A stretch of DNA of 64,000 bases. It comes from an uncultured Gammaproteobacteria bacterium (GTDB lineage: Bacteria > Patescibacteriota > Patescibacteriia > Patescibacteriales > UBA12465). The notes beneath the pieces were generated by a model. The model ran no database searches, was not told the origin of the DNA, and was given only the letters and a program-made list of their open reading frames with translations. Below, piece after piece: positions 8,653 to 15,922 of this stretch. Each line of letters starts with the position of its first letter. Positions within the stretch are counted from its first letter, which is position 1. The DNA lies in assembly GCA_964639785.1 (NCBI GenBank), contig CAZXEE010000001.1, positions 51,832 through 115,831 on the forward strand, in the 5' to 3' direction. The translations under genes and the position numbers were made by a program.

Positions 8653-9306
8653 TCAGATAAACAGTAGAATAAGATGTATCGACATTAGCACGTAATATCC
8701 TGTCAATGTTATTCTGTGGTCTTTGTAGTTGGTGACGGCGGCCATGTTAAAATAAGAAAAGGTAAAGGCGCCGAAAACAACAATGGTGGAAGGATGGGTT
8801 ACAAGATTGGTTGTTATGTAGGCCATGACCGAAGCAAAGGCGGAAAAAGTAGCCGCGGCGAAAATTCCGATAATAAAATTATTTCTTTCCCTGAATGCCA
8901 AGATTATGTGCGGTATTATCATTAAAATTAATGATATGATATCAAGCAATATCAAGTAAGATGTTTTTTCTTTTTGTTCGTCTGACTCCAAATATTTTAT
9001 AGTCTTGGCGGAATCATCATAAACAATGAAGCATTCTTTGATCCCTATCAACTCTTTGAATACCAGCTTAAGTTTTATGATTTTTTCTGATCGTTTTACT
9101 AGAATCTTTTTCCCCGGACTTGATATCGCTTGGGAAAAATATTCTTTGTACTCCATTGCTTTGGGTTCTGAACTTATGTTTGAAGATTTCCAATCTTGGT
9201 TATTTTCTTTGACACGAAAATCACCTTTTTCATTATTCTCTAGCTCAACCTGGGCGCTACAAACTGTAGCGGCAAAAAATAATACCAACAATGCTAGCTG
9301 TTTCAT
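8653..9306 (-). CDS. Hypothetical secreted/membrane protein
   Basis: Signal peptide MKQLALLVLFFAATVCSAQ and 3-4 C-terminal TM helices. A minus-strand terminator hairpin lies at 8602-8625. Confidence 0.6.
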   Translation of the reverse strand: MKQLALLVLFFAATVCSAQVELENNEKGDFRVKENNQDWKSSNISSEPKAMEYKEYFSQAISSPGKKILVKRSEKIIKLKLVFKELIGIKECFIVYDDSAKTIKYLESDEQKEKTSYLILLDIISLILMIIPHIILAFRERNNFIIGIFAAATFSAFASVMAYITTNLVTHPSTIVVFGAFTFSYFNMAAVTNYKDHRITLTGYYVLMSIHLILLFI

Positions 9307-9474
9307 GGTGTGTTGTTTTTTTGAGATTAATCGTTCGGGTTAATTATCAAATCTGCTAAAAACGTAGTAAATTTGATAATTAATCCGATGTTAACCTATT
9401 TGTGAAGGGGCTAAAGATAACAAAAAAGCATACCCTGTTGGCACAAATTTGTCAACAGTCTATGACCGAAGATA

Positions 9475-9502
9475 AAAAATAACCCCTAAAAAGGAGTTAT
9501 TT
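9475..9502 (-). terminator. Rho-independent terminator (minus strand); copy A of a duplicated 28-nt element
   Basis: On the minus strand: aaataactcc-tttta-ggggttatt + T-run. Identical 28 nt occur at 10444-10471. Confidence 0.6.
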
Positions 9503-9565
9503 TCAATGGGTGGCCAATCGCAAGACTTAGAAAACTTTTTTAATGGAACATTTGGTAAATTGAAA

Positions 9566-9594
9566 TAAAAAAGAGGGTTAATTACTTAACCCTC
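9566..9594 (-). terminator. Rho-independent terminator (minus strand) inside ORF-free region
   Basis: On the minus strand: gagggttaa-GTAA-ttaaccctc (9-bp stem, GNRA loop) followed by tttttt. Confidence 0.55.
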
Positions 9595-9981
9595 AAGAAT
9601 TCAGAACCCATTGAACTGTTTTTCCGAGCCCCAGTAAAAACTGGCCACCATCAAACTGTTTCGATTAATAGGGACGGTATTTCAAGATTGGCTCCAATAA
9701 AGCTGGCGCTTTAAATTCATAGCCTCCCGTCTATTCTACACATTATTAATCTATCTTTAGGCCAACATATAGGGATCGAACCGCCCATGCATATTTTATA
9801 CACTGTGCCCATTGCACTACATTGTTTCTGAATCTAAGTAGATATTATATTTGAAGCCATTTTTTGTCAACACAGGATGTTCGTTTAAATAACTTGGAAA
9901 AACTATCCAAAGAAACATTTAATAAAATAAAAAAGGAGATCTGATATTTTAGATCTCCTTTTGAGTTTAAGGATCGGAACC

Positions 9982-10269
9982 TCAGAATAATAATTTCTTT
10001 TGCTTCCAAAGCCCGTTTAATTTCTTGGATAAAAGCTTGTCATAAAAATATCCAGCTATCAATAAGCTGGCAAAGATAGAGAGTGTGATACAGATTGTTT
10101 CTACTGCAGTTTTTCCGTGGTCAGTCATTGGCGCTGATAATGCTTTGTAATATACAATAGCCACCACAACGGCTGCTAAAAAAAATAATATGCGCAACCA
10201 CGCTTTTGTTGCTAATACATTGTCTTCTTTACGACAGATTTCTCTAATTTCTTCTTCGTTATTTTTCAT
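9982..10269 (-). CDS. Hypothetical small membrane protein
   Basis: 95 aa with two hydrophobic helices. No recognisable family. Confidence 0.5.
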   Translation of the reverse strand: MKNNEEEIREICRKEDNVLATKAWLRILFFLAAVVVAIVYYKALSAPMTDHGKTAVETICITLSIFASLLIAGYFYDKLLSKKLNGLWKQKKLLF

Positions 10270-10443
10270 TGCTTTCCTTTTTTGGGATTATTAATTATTT
10301 GATTAATTGCTAAATTTGCCTATTAGACAAACTTGGTAATTAATCAAATAAAATCCATTTTAATGAACTATCATAACAAGACATATTATAACATGAATAT
10401 ATTATTTTGTCAATTGGCTTGTCTTCTTTTATACTTATAAAAG

Positions 10444-10471
10444 AAAAATAACCCCTAAAAAGGAGTTATTT
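10444..10471 (-). terminator. Rho-independent terminator of tRNA-His; copy B of the duplicated 28-nt element
   Basis: Same hairpin as 9475-9502, immediately 3' of tRNA-His. Confidence 0.7.
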
Positions 10472-10477
10472 CTCTTG

Positions 10478-10549
10478 GGTGCCTACTGGGAGTTGAACCC
10501 AGACTAACGGGACCACAACCCGTCGTTCTACCGCTAAACCATAGGCACC
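10478..10549 (-). tRNA. tRNA-His (anticodon GTG) with encoded G-1
   Basis: Minus strand: g-gtgccta-tg-gttt..gaac-g-acggg-ttGTGgt-cccgt-tagt-ctggg-ttcaact-cccag-taggcac-c. G-1/C73 His identity pair present; no CCA. Confidence 0.9.
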
Positions 10550-10576
10550 ATACTATATAAATTGCTTATATAAAAA

Positions 10577-11104
10577 CTAAATTTCGTAAAAATAGATATT
10601 GCCACCCTTTGTCTCGATCGTTTTTCGGATGGAAAGATTCGGGATGGAAAACAGATAGCTGATAACGGTCGTTCCAGGTTGGCACTCTTTCTGGATCTTT
10701 TCAGACAGCTTAGGCATCATGCTCGGAATCAGATAGCAGTAGATAATCGAGGCATTATGCAAATCAGTCTTATACAGGTCTTGCCGTCGTAATTCTATCC
10801 GGCTCTTCAAGGCTTTCAGTCGGCTTTTGGCTAGCAGATACGGGAACCAGGAATATTCTATGCCGATCAATTTGGTTTCTGGATAGCGAGCTTCAACGCC
10901 TTTCAAGAAATTGGCATTGCCGGCTCCCAGTTCATAGATCAAGCTACCTTTGTCCGGATTGATATTGTCGATGATATCCTTAATCACTTCAGAATTAGCT
11001 GTCATGAAAGGAGCGAACCCCCGAAAAACAATATTAAAAAAATTAAGCGCCGTCAAGACTAGAATCACTAGGAGTAGTAATTCCAACACGATTAAGATGA
11101 TCAT
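10577..11104 (-). CDS. Class I SAM-dependent methyltransferase with N-terminal TM helix
   Basis: Motif I LIYELGAGNANFL and Rossmann-like spacing; 175 aa. Confidence 0.7.
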   Translation of the reverse strand: MIILIVLELLLLVILVLTALNFFNIVFRGFAPFMTANSEVIKDIIDNINPDKGSLIYELGAGNANFLKGVEARYPETKLIGIEYSWFPYLLAKSRLKALKSRIELRRQDLYKTDLHNASIIYCYLIPSMMPKLSEKIQKECQPGTTVISYLFSIPNLSIRKTIETKGGNIYFYEI

Positions 11105-11110
11105 ATCTTT

Positions 11111-11246
11111 TTATTTTCGATTACCGCACACTGCTGTGCAGCAAGCGCAGTTATGTCCTTCCAAGGCAGTCTTTTTGCTGGTAGCTTTTTTGACTGTCTT
11201 TTTTGGAGCTGCAGCCTTTTTAGGGGCGACTGCTTTTTTTTGGCAT
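11111..11246 (-). pseudogene. Small Lys/Ala-rich + Cys-cluster ORF interrupted by a frameshift in an A8 run
   Basis: The ATG at 11244-11246 gives MPKK, then stops after 8 codons. The +1 frame reads AVAPKKAAAPKKTVKKATSKKTALEGHNCACCTAVCGNRK* with no start codon of its own. Seven A's instead of eight would give one 44-aa ORF. Confidence 0.3.
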
Positions 11247-11272
11247 ATTTTTGAATATTATTTCGCTATTCG

Positions 11273-11344
11273 TACGCCCGGTAGGAATCGAACCTACGTA
11301 ACCAGCTTAGAAGGCTGGTGTTCTATCCATTGAACTACGGGCGC
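11273..11344 (-). tRNA. tRNA-Arg (anticodon TCT)
   Basis: Minus strand: gcgcccg-ta-gttc..gaac-a-ccagc-ctTCTaa-gctgg-ttac-gtagg-ttcgatt-cctac-cgggcgt-a. Confidence 0.9.
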
Positions 11345-11374
11345 ATTATGTTTCTCAATTTATCAAAACCAGTC

Positions 11375-12154
11375 TCAAAAGTCAACGAAATCCCTTTGGC
11401 GTTGCGCTTCGTAGGTAATTATAGCTGTTGAAACGGAGACGTTAAGCGAATCAATACCGGATTGCATCGGAATTTTTATCTCATGATCCAGGTTTTTTAT
11501 CCATTCCGGGCTCAAGCTGGAAGCTTCAGTTCCCATGACGATAGCGCTTGGTTTTTTGAAATTAGCCTTATAATAGGGGGTTTTAGCCTTAGTGGCGGCT
11601 CCATAGCTTTTGATTTTGTTCTTATCCAGCCATTTTCTGGTTTCAGCAATGCTGGCTAGGGCGACCTGGTTAGTGAAAAGATGGCCCATGCTAGCTCGGA
11701 TGACGTTCGGATTATGGATATCGGTTTGGGGATCGGTGATGATGACGGCATCAACTTTGGCGGCATAGGCAGTGCGTAAAATAGCTCCTAGGTTTCCCGG
11801 TTTTTCAATAGTCTCCAATATGATTACTAAAGGATTGGCGCTTAACTTGATATCTTTCAAAGTTTTCTTTTCTATTTTAGCTATAGCTAAATAGCCGTCC
11901 GGTTTTTCTTTGTAGGCAATTTTTTTGAAGACTTCAGCGCTGACTTCCGTAGTAGGAAGGAGGCGGGAAGCGAATTTATTGGTTGGGGCTAGGTCAGGAG
12001 CATAAAAAAGCTCTTGGATCTGGCAGTTTTCTTGAAGAGCTAACTCTAATTCTCTCTCGCCTTCAATAATGAAAAGACCCTGTTTGGATCTTTCCCGTGG
12101 TTTAGAAAGCTTGACAATATTTGAAATTCTGTCATTATGGGAGCTAATAATCAT
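11375..12154 (-). CDS. TrmH/SpoU-family RNA 2'-O-methyltransferase
   Basis: Contains the PGNLGAILRTA motif, SpoU C-terminal knot motifs (IVMGTE..G, IPM.G..DSLNVS) and an N-terminal substrate-binding domain. Confidence 0.85.
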   Translation of the reverse strand: MIISSHNDRISNIVKLSKPRERSKQGLFIIEGERELELALQENCQIQELFYAPDLAPTNKFASRLLPTTEVSAEVFKKIAYKEKPDGYLAIAKIEKKTLKDIKLSANPLVIILETIEKPGNLGAILRTAYAAKVDAVIITDPQTDIHNPNVIRASMGHLFTNQVALASIAETRKWLDKNKIKSYGAATKAKTPYYKANFKKPSAIVMGTEASSLSPEWIKNLDHEIKIPMQSGIDSLNVSVSTAIITYEAQRQRDFVDF

Positions 12155-12213
12155 TTTATCCTCTGATTAGATTTTTAAGCGCTTAATTCCATTTTACACT
12201 AGATTTTTCCATA

Positions 12214-12242
12214 TTGTCAAAAGAGTCCAATCCAGTTATAAT
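12214..12242 (+). promoter_or_regulatory. Sigma70-like promoter candidate
   Basis: TTGTCA, 17-nt spacer, TATAAT, located upstream of the LCP gene. Confidence 0.45.
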
Positions 12243-12320
12243 GGAATCACCATGACTATTTTCTATCTATCCCATGGAGTTTAGAAACGTAGCCTTTAAA
12301 GCTATTTTATTTTTGTTTGT

Positions 12321-13778
12321 ATGGAAGTAGATTTCAATAAAAAAATTGCCAATGATCCAGCTTTTGCTGAATTTCGTCCTGCTCCTGAGGCTCCGCAAAA
12401 GCCCCGCCGTTTTTTCTATGTAATCGGCTTTTTAGTGGCGGCCGTCATTATCTTTTCAGCTACGATGCTAATGAGTAGCGATAGCCGAGATACTTGGCTA
12501 GGACATCTCCCTTTCTTGGGAAAGTTAATCTCCTCTTCGGATAATAAGGTTGAAGGCGAGAGCGAGGACCGCATCAATATCCTTTTACTAGGTATGGGCG
12601 GAGCCAACCATGATGGCGGCTATTTAGCTGATACTATTATTCTGGCTAGCTTGCAGCCATCTACCAAGAAAGTGGTCTTAACTTCTATTCCGCGCGATAT
12701 GACCGTGCCTGATGAAAATGGCGTTTGGCACAAGGTAAACAGCATTAATGCTTACGCCGAGGCGAAGAAGGAGAATGGATCACAGGCCACCGCTGATGTT
12801 CTATTTGACTTGCTCGGTGTCCCGATCCATTATTATGTCCGGGTTGATTTTGACGGTTTTATTAATATTATTGATGAATTAGGCGGAGTGACTGTTGATG
12901 TTGAGAATACTTTGGATGATTATAGTTATCCTGTCAGAGGCCGGGAAGACGACCCTGATTATTATTCCCGCTATGAGCACTTGCATATCGAAAAAGGTTT
13001 GCAAGAAATGGATGGAGAATTGGCCTTGAAGTATGCTCGTAGCCGTCATGGCGTTGGCAAGGAAGGTTCAGATTTTGCTCGGAGTGCCAGACAAAAAAAG
13101 ATTTTGACTGCAGTAAAAGATAAATTGATGAGTTCTAGCAATCTGTTAAAGCCAGGCATGCTAGCTCGAATCGGCGGAGAAATCATAGATCATACTTCTA
13201 CTAATCTGAAGATTAGCGAGGGTTTACATCTTTGGGATGTCTTTAAGGACACTCCTAAAGAACAAATTAGTTCTGTGGCTTTGAGCGATGCTCCGGGAGG
13301 GCTTTTAGTTTCTTCCCGTGGCGTTGATGGCGCTTATATCTTGGTTCCGGTCGGAGGTAATTTTAACGAGATTAAAACTATGGTCCAAGGCGTTTTTGGT
13401 TCCACCTCGCCGGCTAGTGCTGTCGCTCCTAAAGAATTGGAGGTATCTAAAGAAGCTGCAACTATTGAGATCAGGAACGGAACTAATATCGGAGGATTGG
13501 CCACTGAAGTTTCTAATCGTTTGGCTCCAACTAACATTAAGACTATCCGTGTAGCCAATTCTACCAAGAAAGATTTGAAAGATGCTGTAATTTATGATTT
13601 GACTTATGGCGCCAAGCCGCAGGCTCTAGAGACTTTGAAGAATAATATGAATGCAGTTATCGGATTAGAATTGCCGGAATGGCTGGTAACCGATATCAAA
13701 GACGGACTCAAGAAAAATCCTAAACAAGAGCGTCCCGACTTTATCTTAATAGTCGGAAGCAATAATCATCAAGAATAA
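12321..13778 (+). CDS. LytR-CpsA-Psr (LCP) family cell-envelope phosphotransferase
   Basis: N-terminal TM helix, then INILLLGMGG..DTIILASL..LTSIPRD..V and ARSRH motifs, with a C-terminal LytR_C-like region. Confidence 0.85.
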   Translation: MEVDFNKKIANDPAFAEFRPAPEAPQKPRRFFYVIGFLVAAVIIFSATMLMSSDSRDTWLGHLPFLGKLISSSDNKVEGESEDRINILLLGMGGANHDGGYLADTIILASLQPSTKKVVLTSIPRDMTVPDENGVWHKVNSINAYAEAKKENGSQATADVLFDLLGVPIHYYVRVDFDGFINIIDELGGVTVDVENTLDDYSYPVRGREDDPDYYSRYEHLHIEKGLQEMDGELALKYARSRHGVGKEGSDFARSARQKKILTAVKDKLMSSSNLLKPGMLARIGGEIIDHTSTNLKISEGLHLWDVFKDTPKEQISSVALSDAPGGLLVSSRGVDGAYILVPVGGNFNEIKTMVQGVFGSTSPASAVAPKELEVSKEAATIEIRNGTNIGGLATEVSNRLAPTNIKTIRVANSTKKDLKDAVIYDLTYGAKPQALETLKNNMNAVIGLELPEWLVTDIKDGLKKNPKQERPDFILIVGSNNHQE

Positions 13779-13782
13779 TAAT

Positions 13783-15246
13783 ATGAAGATATCCGATCAA
13801 TATCCAATTGTCGCTATCGTTGGCCGAACCAATGTCGGCAAATCTACCTTGTTCAATCGCATTACCGAAAGGAACCAGGCCTTGGTTTCGGATATCGAAA
13901 ACACCACTCGAGACAGCAATCAAGCTGAGGCTTATTGGAATAACCATAATTTTACCATCGTTGATACTGCGGGTATAATTGATGTTAAATATTTATCTGA
14001 CAAGAAGTTGTTGAACAACCCTTTGAATAATATTGACCTCAAGACTCAGAAGCAGGTGGTGTCTTTTTTCAAAAAAGCGGCCGTTATCATCTTTATGGTG
14101 GATAATAAGTCCGGTATCTTGCCGGCCGATCGGGATATGGCTAAATTTTTTCAGAAACGGCCAGAATTGAAGGAACGCTTGGTTTTAGTTGTTAATAAAG
14201 TGGATGATTATAAGCAGAAGAATGAAGCCGCTGTTTTTAATAAGCTAGGCTTAGGCGAGCCGATGTATATTTCAGCCGCTTCCGGTTCAGGCACGGGTGA
14301 TCTTTTAGAAAAAGTCGTCGGCCGTTTGCCGGAAGACAAGGCAGCACAGAAACCGAAATGGGAGGGCTATGAACCCGAAGAGGAAGAGGAAGCAGTTTTT
14401 GATGAGAACCGGCCGATTAATGTCTGTCTTATCGGGAAGCCGAATGTTGGCAAGTCATCACTTTTAAATTCCGTTTTGGGTTACGAACGGGTGATTGTCA
14501 GCGATATTCCGCATACTACCCGTGAACCGCAGAAGACCCAGATTATCTACAAGGATCGAGCTATCAATATTATCGATACGGCTGGAATTTCCAAGCATGG
14601 CCACAAGGCAGAGCGTTTGGAAAAATATGGCATCATGAAATCTTTAGCTACTTTGAAACATGCTGATGTCGCTTTGTTGATGTTAGATATCAGCCAAGAA
14701 ATCACTCACCAGGATGCCAAGATAATCGAAGAGATTACCAATGTCCGCAAAAGTTTTATTATCTTAGCTAATAAATGGGACTTGATACCGGAACGCAATG
14801 TGAAGAAATGGACAGCCGATATCTATCGCAAGCTGCCTTTCGTCACTTGGGCTCCGATCCATTTCTTGTCGGCGAAGACCGGTGCCAAGGTAGACAAGAT
14901 CTTTGATTTGGTTTTGGATATCGCCGCCGCTCGTCAGACCCAGTTGAGCGAATCGCAGTTGGATAAGTTCTTAAAACGGATCGTCAAGATCCATAAACCG
15001 GCCAAAGGCCGCGGTATCGGACATCCTCACATCTATCAGATCCATCAGACCAAGGTTAATCCGCCGCGTTTCGAAGTCCGTATCGGTTCTCATGATGATC
15101 TGCATTTCTCTTACGTCCGTTTTATCGAAAACCAATTGCGCGAGCAATTCAAGATAGTCGGCACTCCGATCGGCATCAGGATAACTAAGAATATCAAAGC
15201 CCATAGTATGACTGAAGAACGGGCAGCTGAGATTGGCAAGAACTAG
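13783..15246 (+). CDS. der: Ribosome-associated GTPase Der/EngA
   Basis: Two tandem G domains (GRTNVGKST..DTAG..NKVD and GKPNVGKSS..DTAG..NKWD) plus a KH-like C-terminus. Confidence 0.93.
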   Translation: MKISDQYPIVAIVGRTNVGKSTLFNRITERNQALVSDIENTTRDSNQAEAYWNNHNFTIVDTAGIIDVKYLSDKKLLNNPLNNIDLKTQKQVVSFFKKAAVIIFMVDNKSGILPADRDMAKFFQKRPELKERLVLVVNKVDDYKQKNEAAVFNKLGLGEPMYISAASGSGTGDLLEKVVGRLPEDKAAQKPKWEGYEPEEEEEAVFDENRPINVCLIGKPNVGKSSLLNSVLGYERVIVSDIPHTTREPQKTQIIYKDRAINIIDTAGISKHGHKAERLEKYGIMKSLATLKHADVALLMLDISQEITHQDAKIIEEITNVRKSFIILANKWDLIPERNVKKWTADIYRKLPFVTWAPIHFLSAKTGAKVDKIFDLVLDIAAARQTQLSESQLDKFLKRIVKIHKPAKGRGIGHPHIYQIHQTKVNPPRFEVRIGSHDDLHFSYVRFIENQLREQFKIVGTPIGIRITKNIKAHSMTEERAAEIGKN

Positions 15247-15269
15247 CTATTGTCTTATAATTAGATCAT

Positions 15270-15809
15270 ATGAGAATAATTGTCGGTTTAGGAAATCCTG
15301 GAGAGCAATATGCTAAGACCCGTCACAATATCGGCTGGCTGCTTTTGGATGAGATCTTAGGGGACGTTAAGTGGTCTCTTAACAAGAAATGGAATGCTTT
15401 AGTCTATGAACAGGGCGGCGACCTATATATCAAGCCCCAAACTTTCATGAATAATTCCGGTTCAGCAGTTCGGGCCGCTTTGGATTATTACCATCTTTTA
15501 CCCAAGAAAATGGGATTTTTCTCGACTAAAGATAGCGACTTATCTGATGTCTTAGTGGTTGTCCATGATGATTTGGATATTGATTTGGGAAAAATGAAAG
15601 TAGCGGTCGGTTCTCGCAGCGCCGGGCACAACGGAGTCCAATCGATTATCAATCATACTAAGACTCTGAATTTCAAGAGATTAAGGATTGGAGTCAGGAC
15701 AGTTGAGCGGGAAAGGATTCCAGCTGACAAGTTCGTATTACAGAAATTCAAGGCGGAGGAGTTGGATGAAATAAAGAAATTGTTACCTGATATCAAGCAA
15801 GAAATCTAA
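15270..15809 (+). CDS. pth: Peptidyl-tRNA hydrolase
   Basis: GLGNPG..Y..TRHNIG and HDDLD..G motifs. Confidence 0.93.
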   Translation: MRIIVGLGNPGEQYAKTRHNIGWLLLDEILGDVKWSLNKKWNALVYEQGGDLYIKPQTFMNNSGSAVRAALDYYHLLPKKMGFFSTKDSDLSDVLVVVHDDLDIDLGKMKVAVGSRSAGHNGVQSIINHTKTLNFKRLRIGVRTVERERIPADKFVLQKFKAEELDEIKKLLPDIKQEI

Positions 15810-15862
15810 GCTCAAGATAAGAAAGCTCATTAGAGCTTTTTTTATTTGCTTTTCCGTTTATC

Positions 15863-15890
15863 TTGACAGTCCGCCAAGAACAAGTAAAAT
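15863..15890 (+). promoter_or_regulatory. Sigma70-like promoter candidate for topA
   Basis: TTGACA, 16-nt spacer, TAAAAT, 33 nt upstream of the ATG. Confidence 0.45.
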
Positions 15891-15922
15891 GGTTTATATT
15901 ATATATCTCAATCTAGGCAATT

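Noticed and set aside
9506-9568. 20-codon plus-strand ORF (MGGQSQDLENFFNGTFGKLK) preceded by an apparently perfect AAGGAG Shine-Dalgarno sequence
   Set aside because: The AAGGAG is one arm of the duplicated terminator hairpin, and the same sequence follows tRNA-His at 10444-10471. There is no supporting conservation or motif.
9500-9840. tmRNA, RNase P RNA or SRP RNA gene in the ORF-free region
   Set aside because: None of the expected hallmarks is present:
- no GGGG... 5' end with a G3:U70 acceptor and no plausible ...LAA-type tag frame (tmRNA);
- no GGAAAGTCC / ACAGAACCCGGCTTA P4 strings (RNase P);
- no GGAA-tetraloop domain IV pattern (SRP).
Only a covariance-model scan could overturn this.
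8004-10549. Intact integrated mobile element between tRNA-Leu and tRNA-His
   Set aside because: No integrase, transposase, or phage or conjugation gene is present. Only the short att-like duplication is reported, as a finding with caveats.
10950-11333. 127-aa plus-strand ORF
   Set aside because: It overlaps the methyltransferase gene antisense and runs into tRNA-Arg. Its F/A-rich stretch mirrors the K/A-rich mini-ORF.
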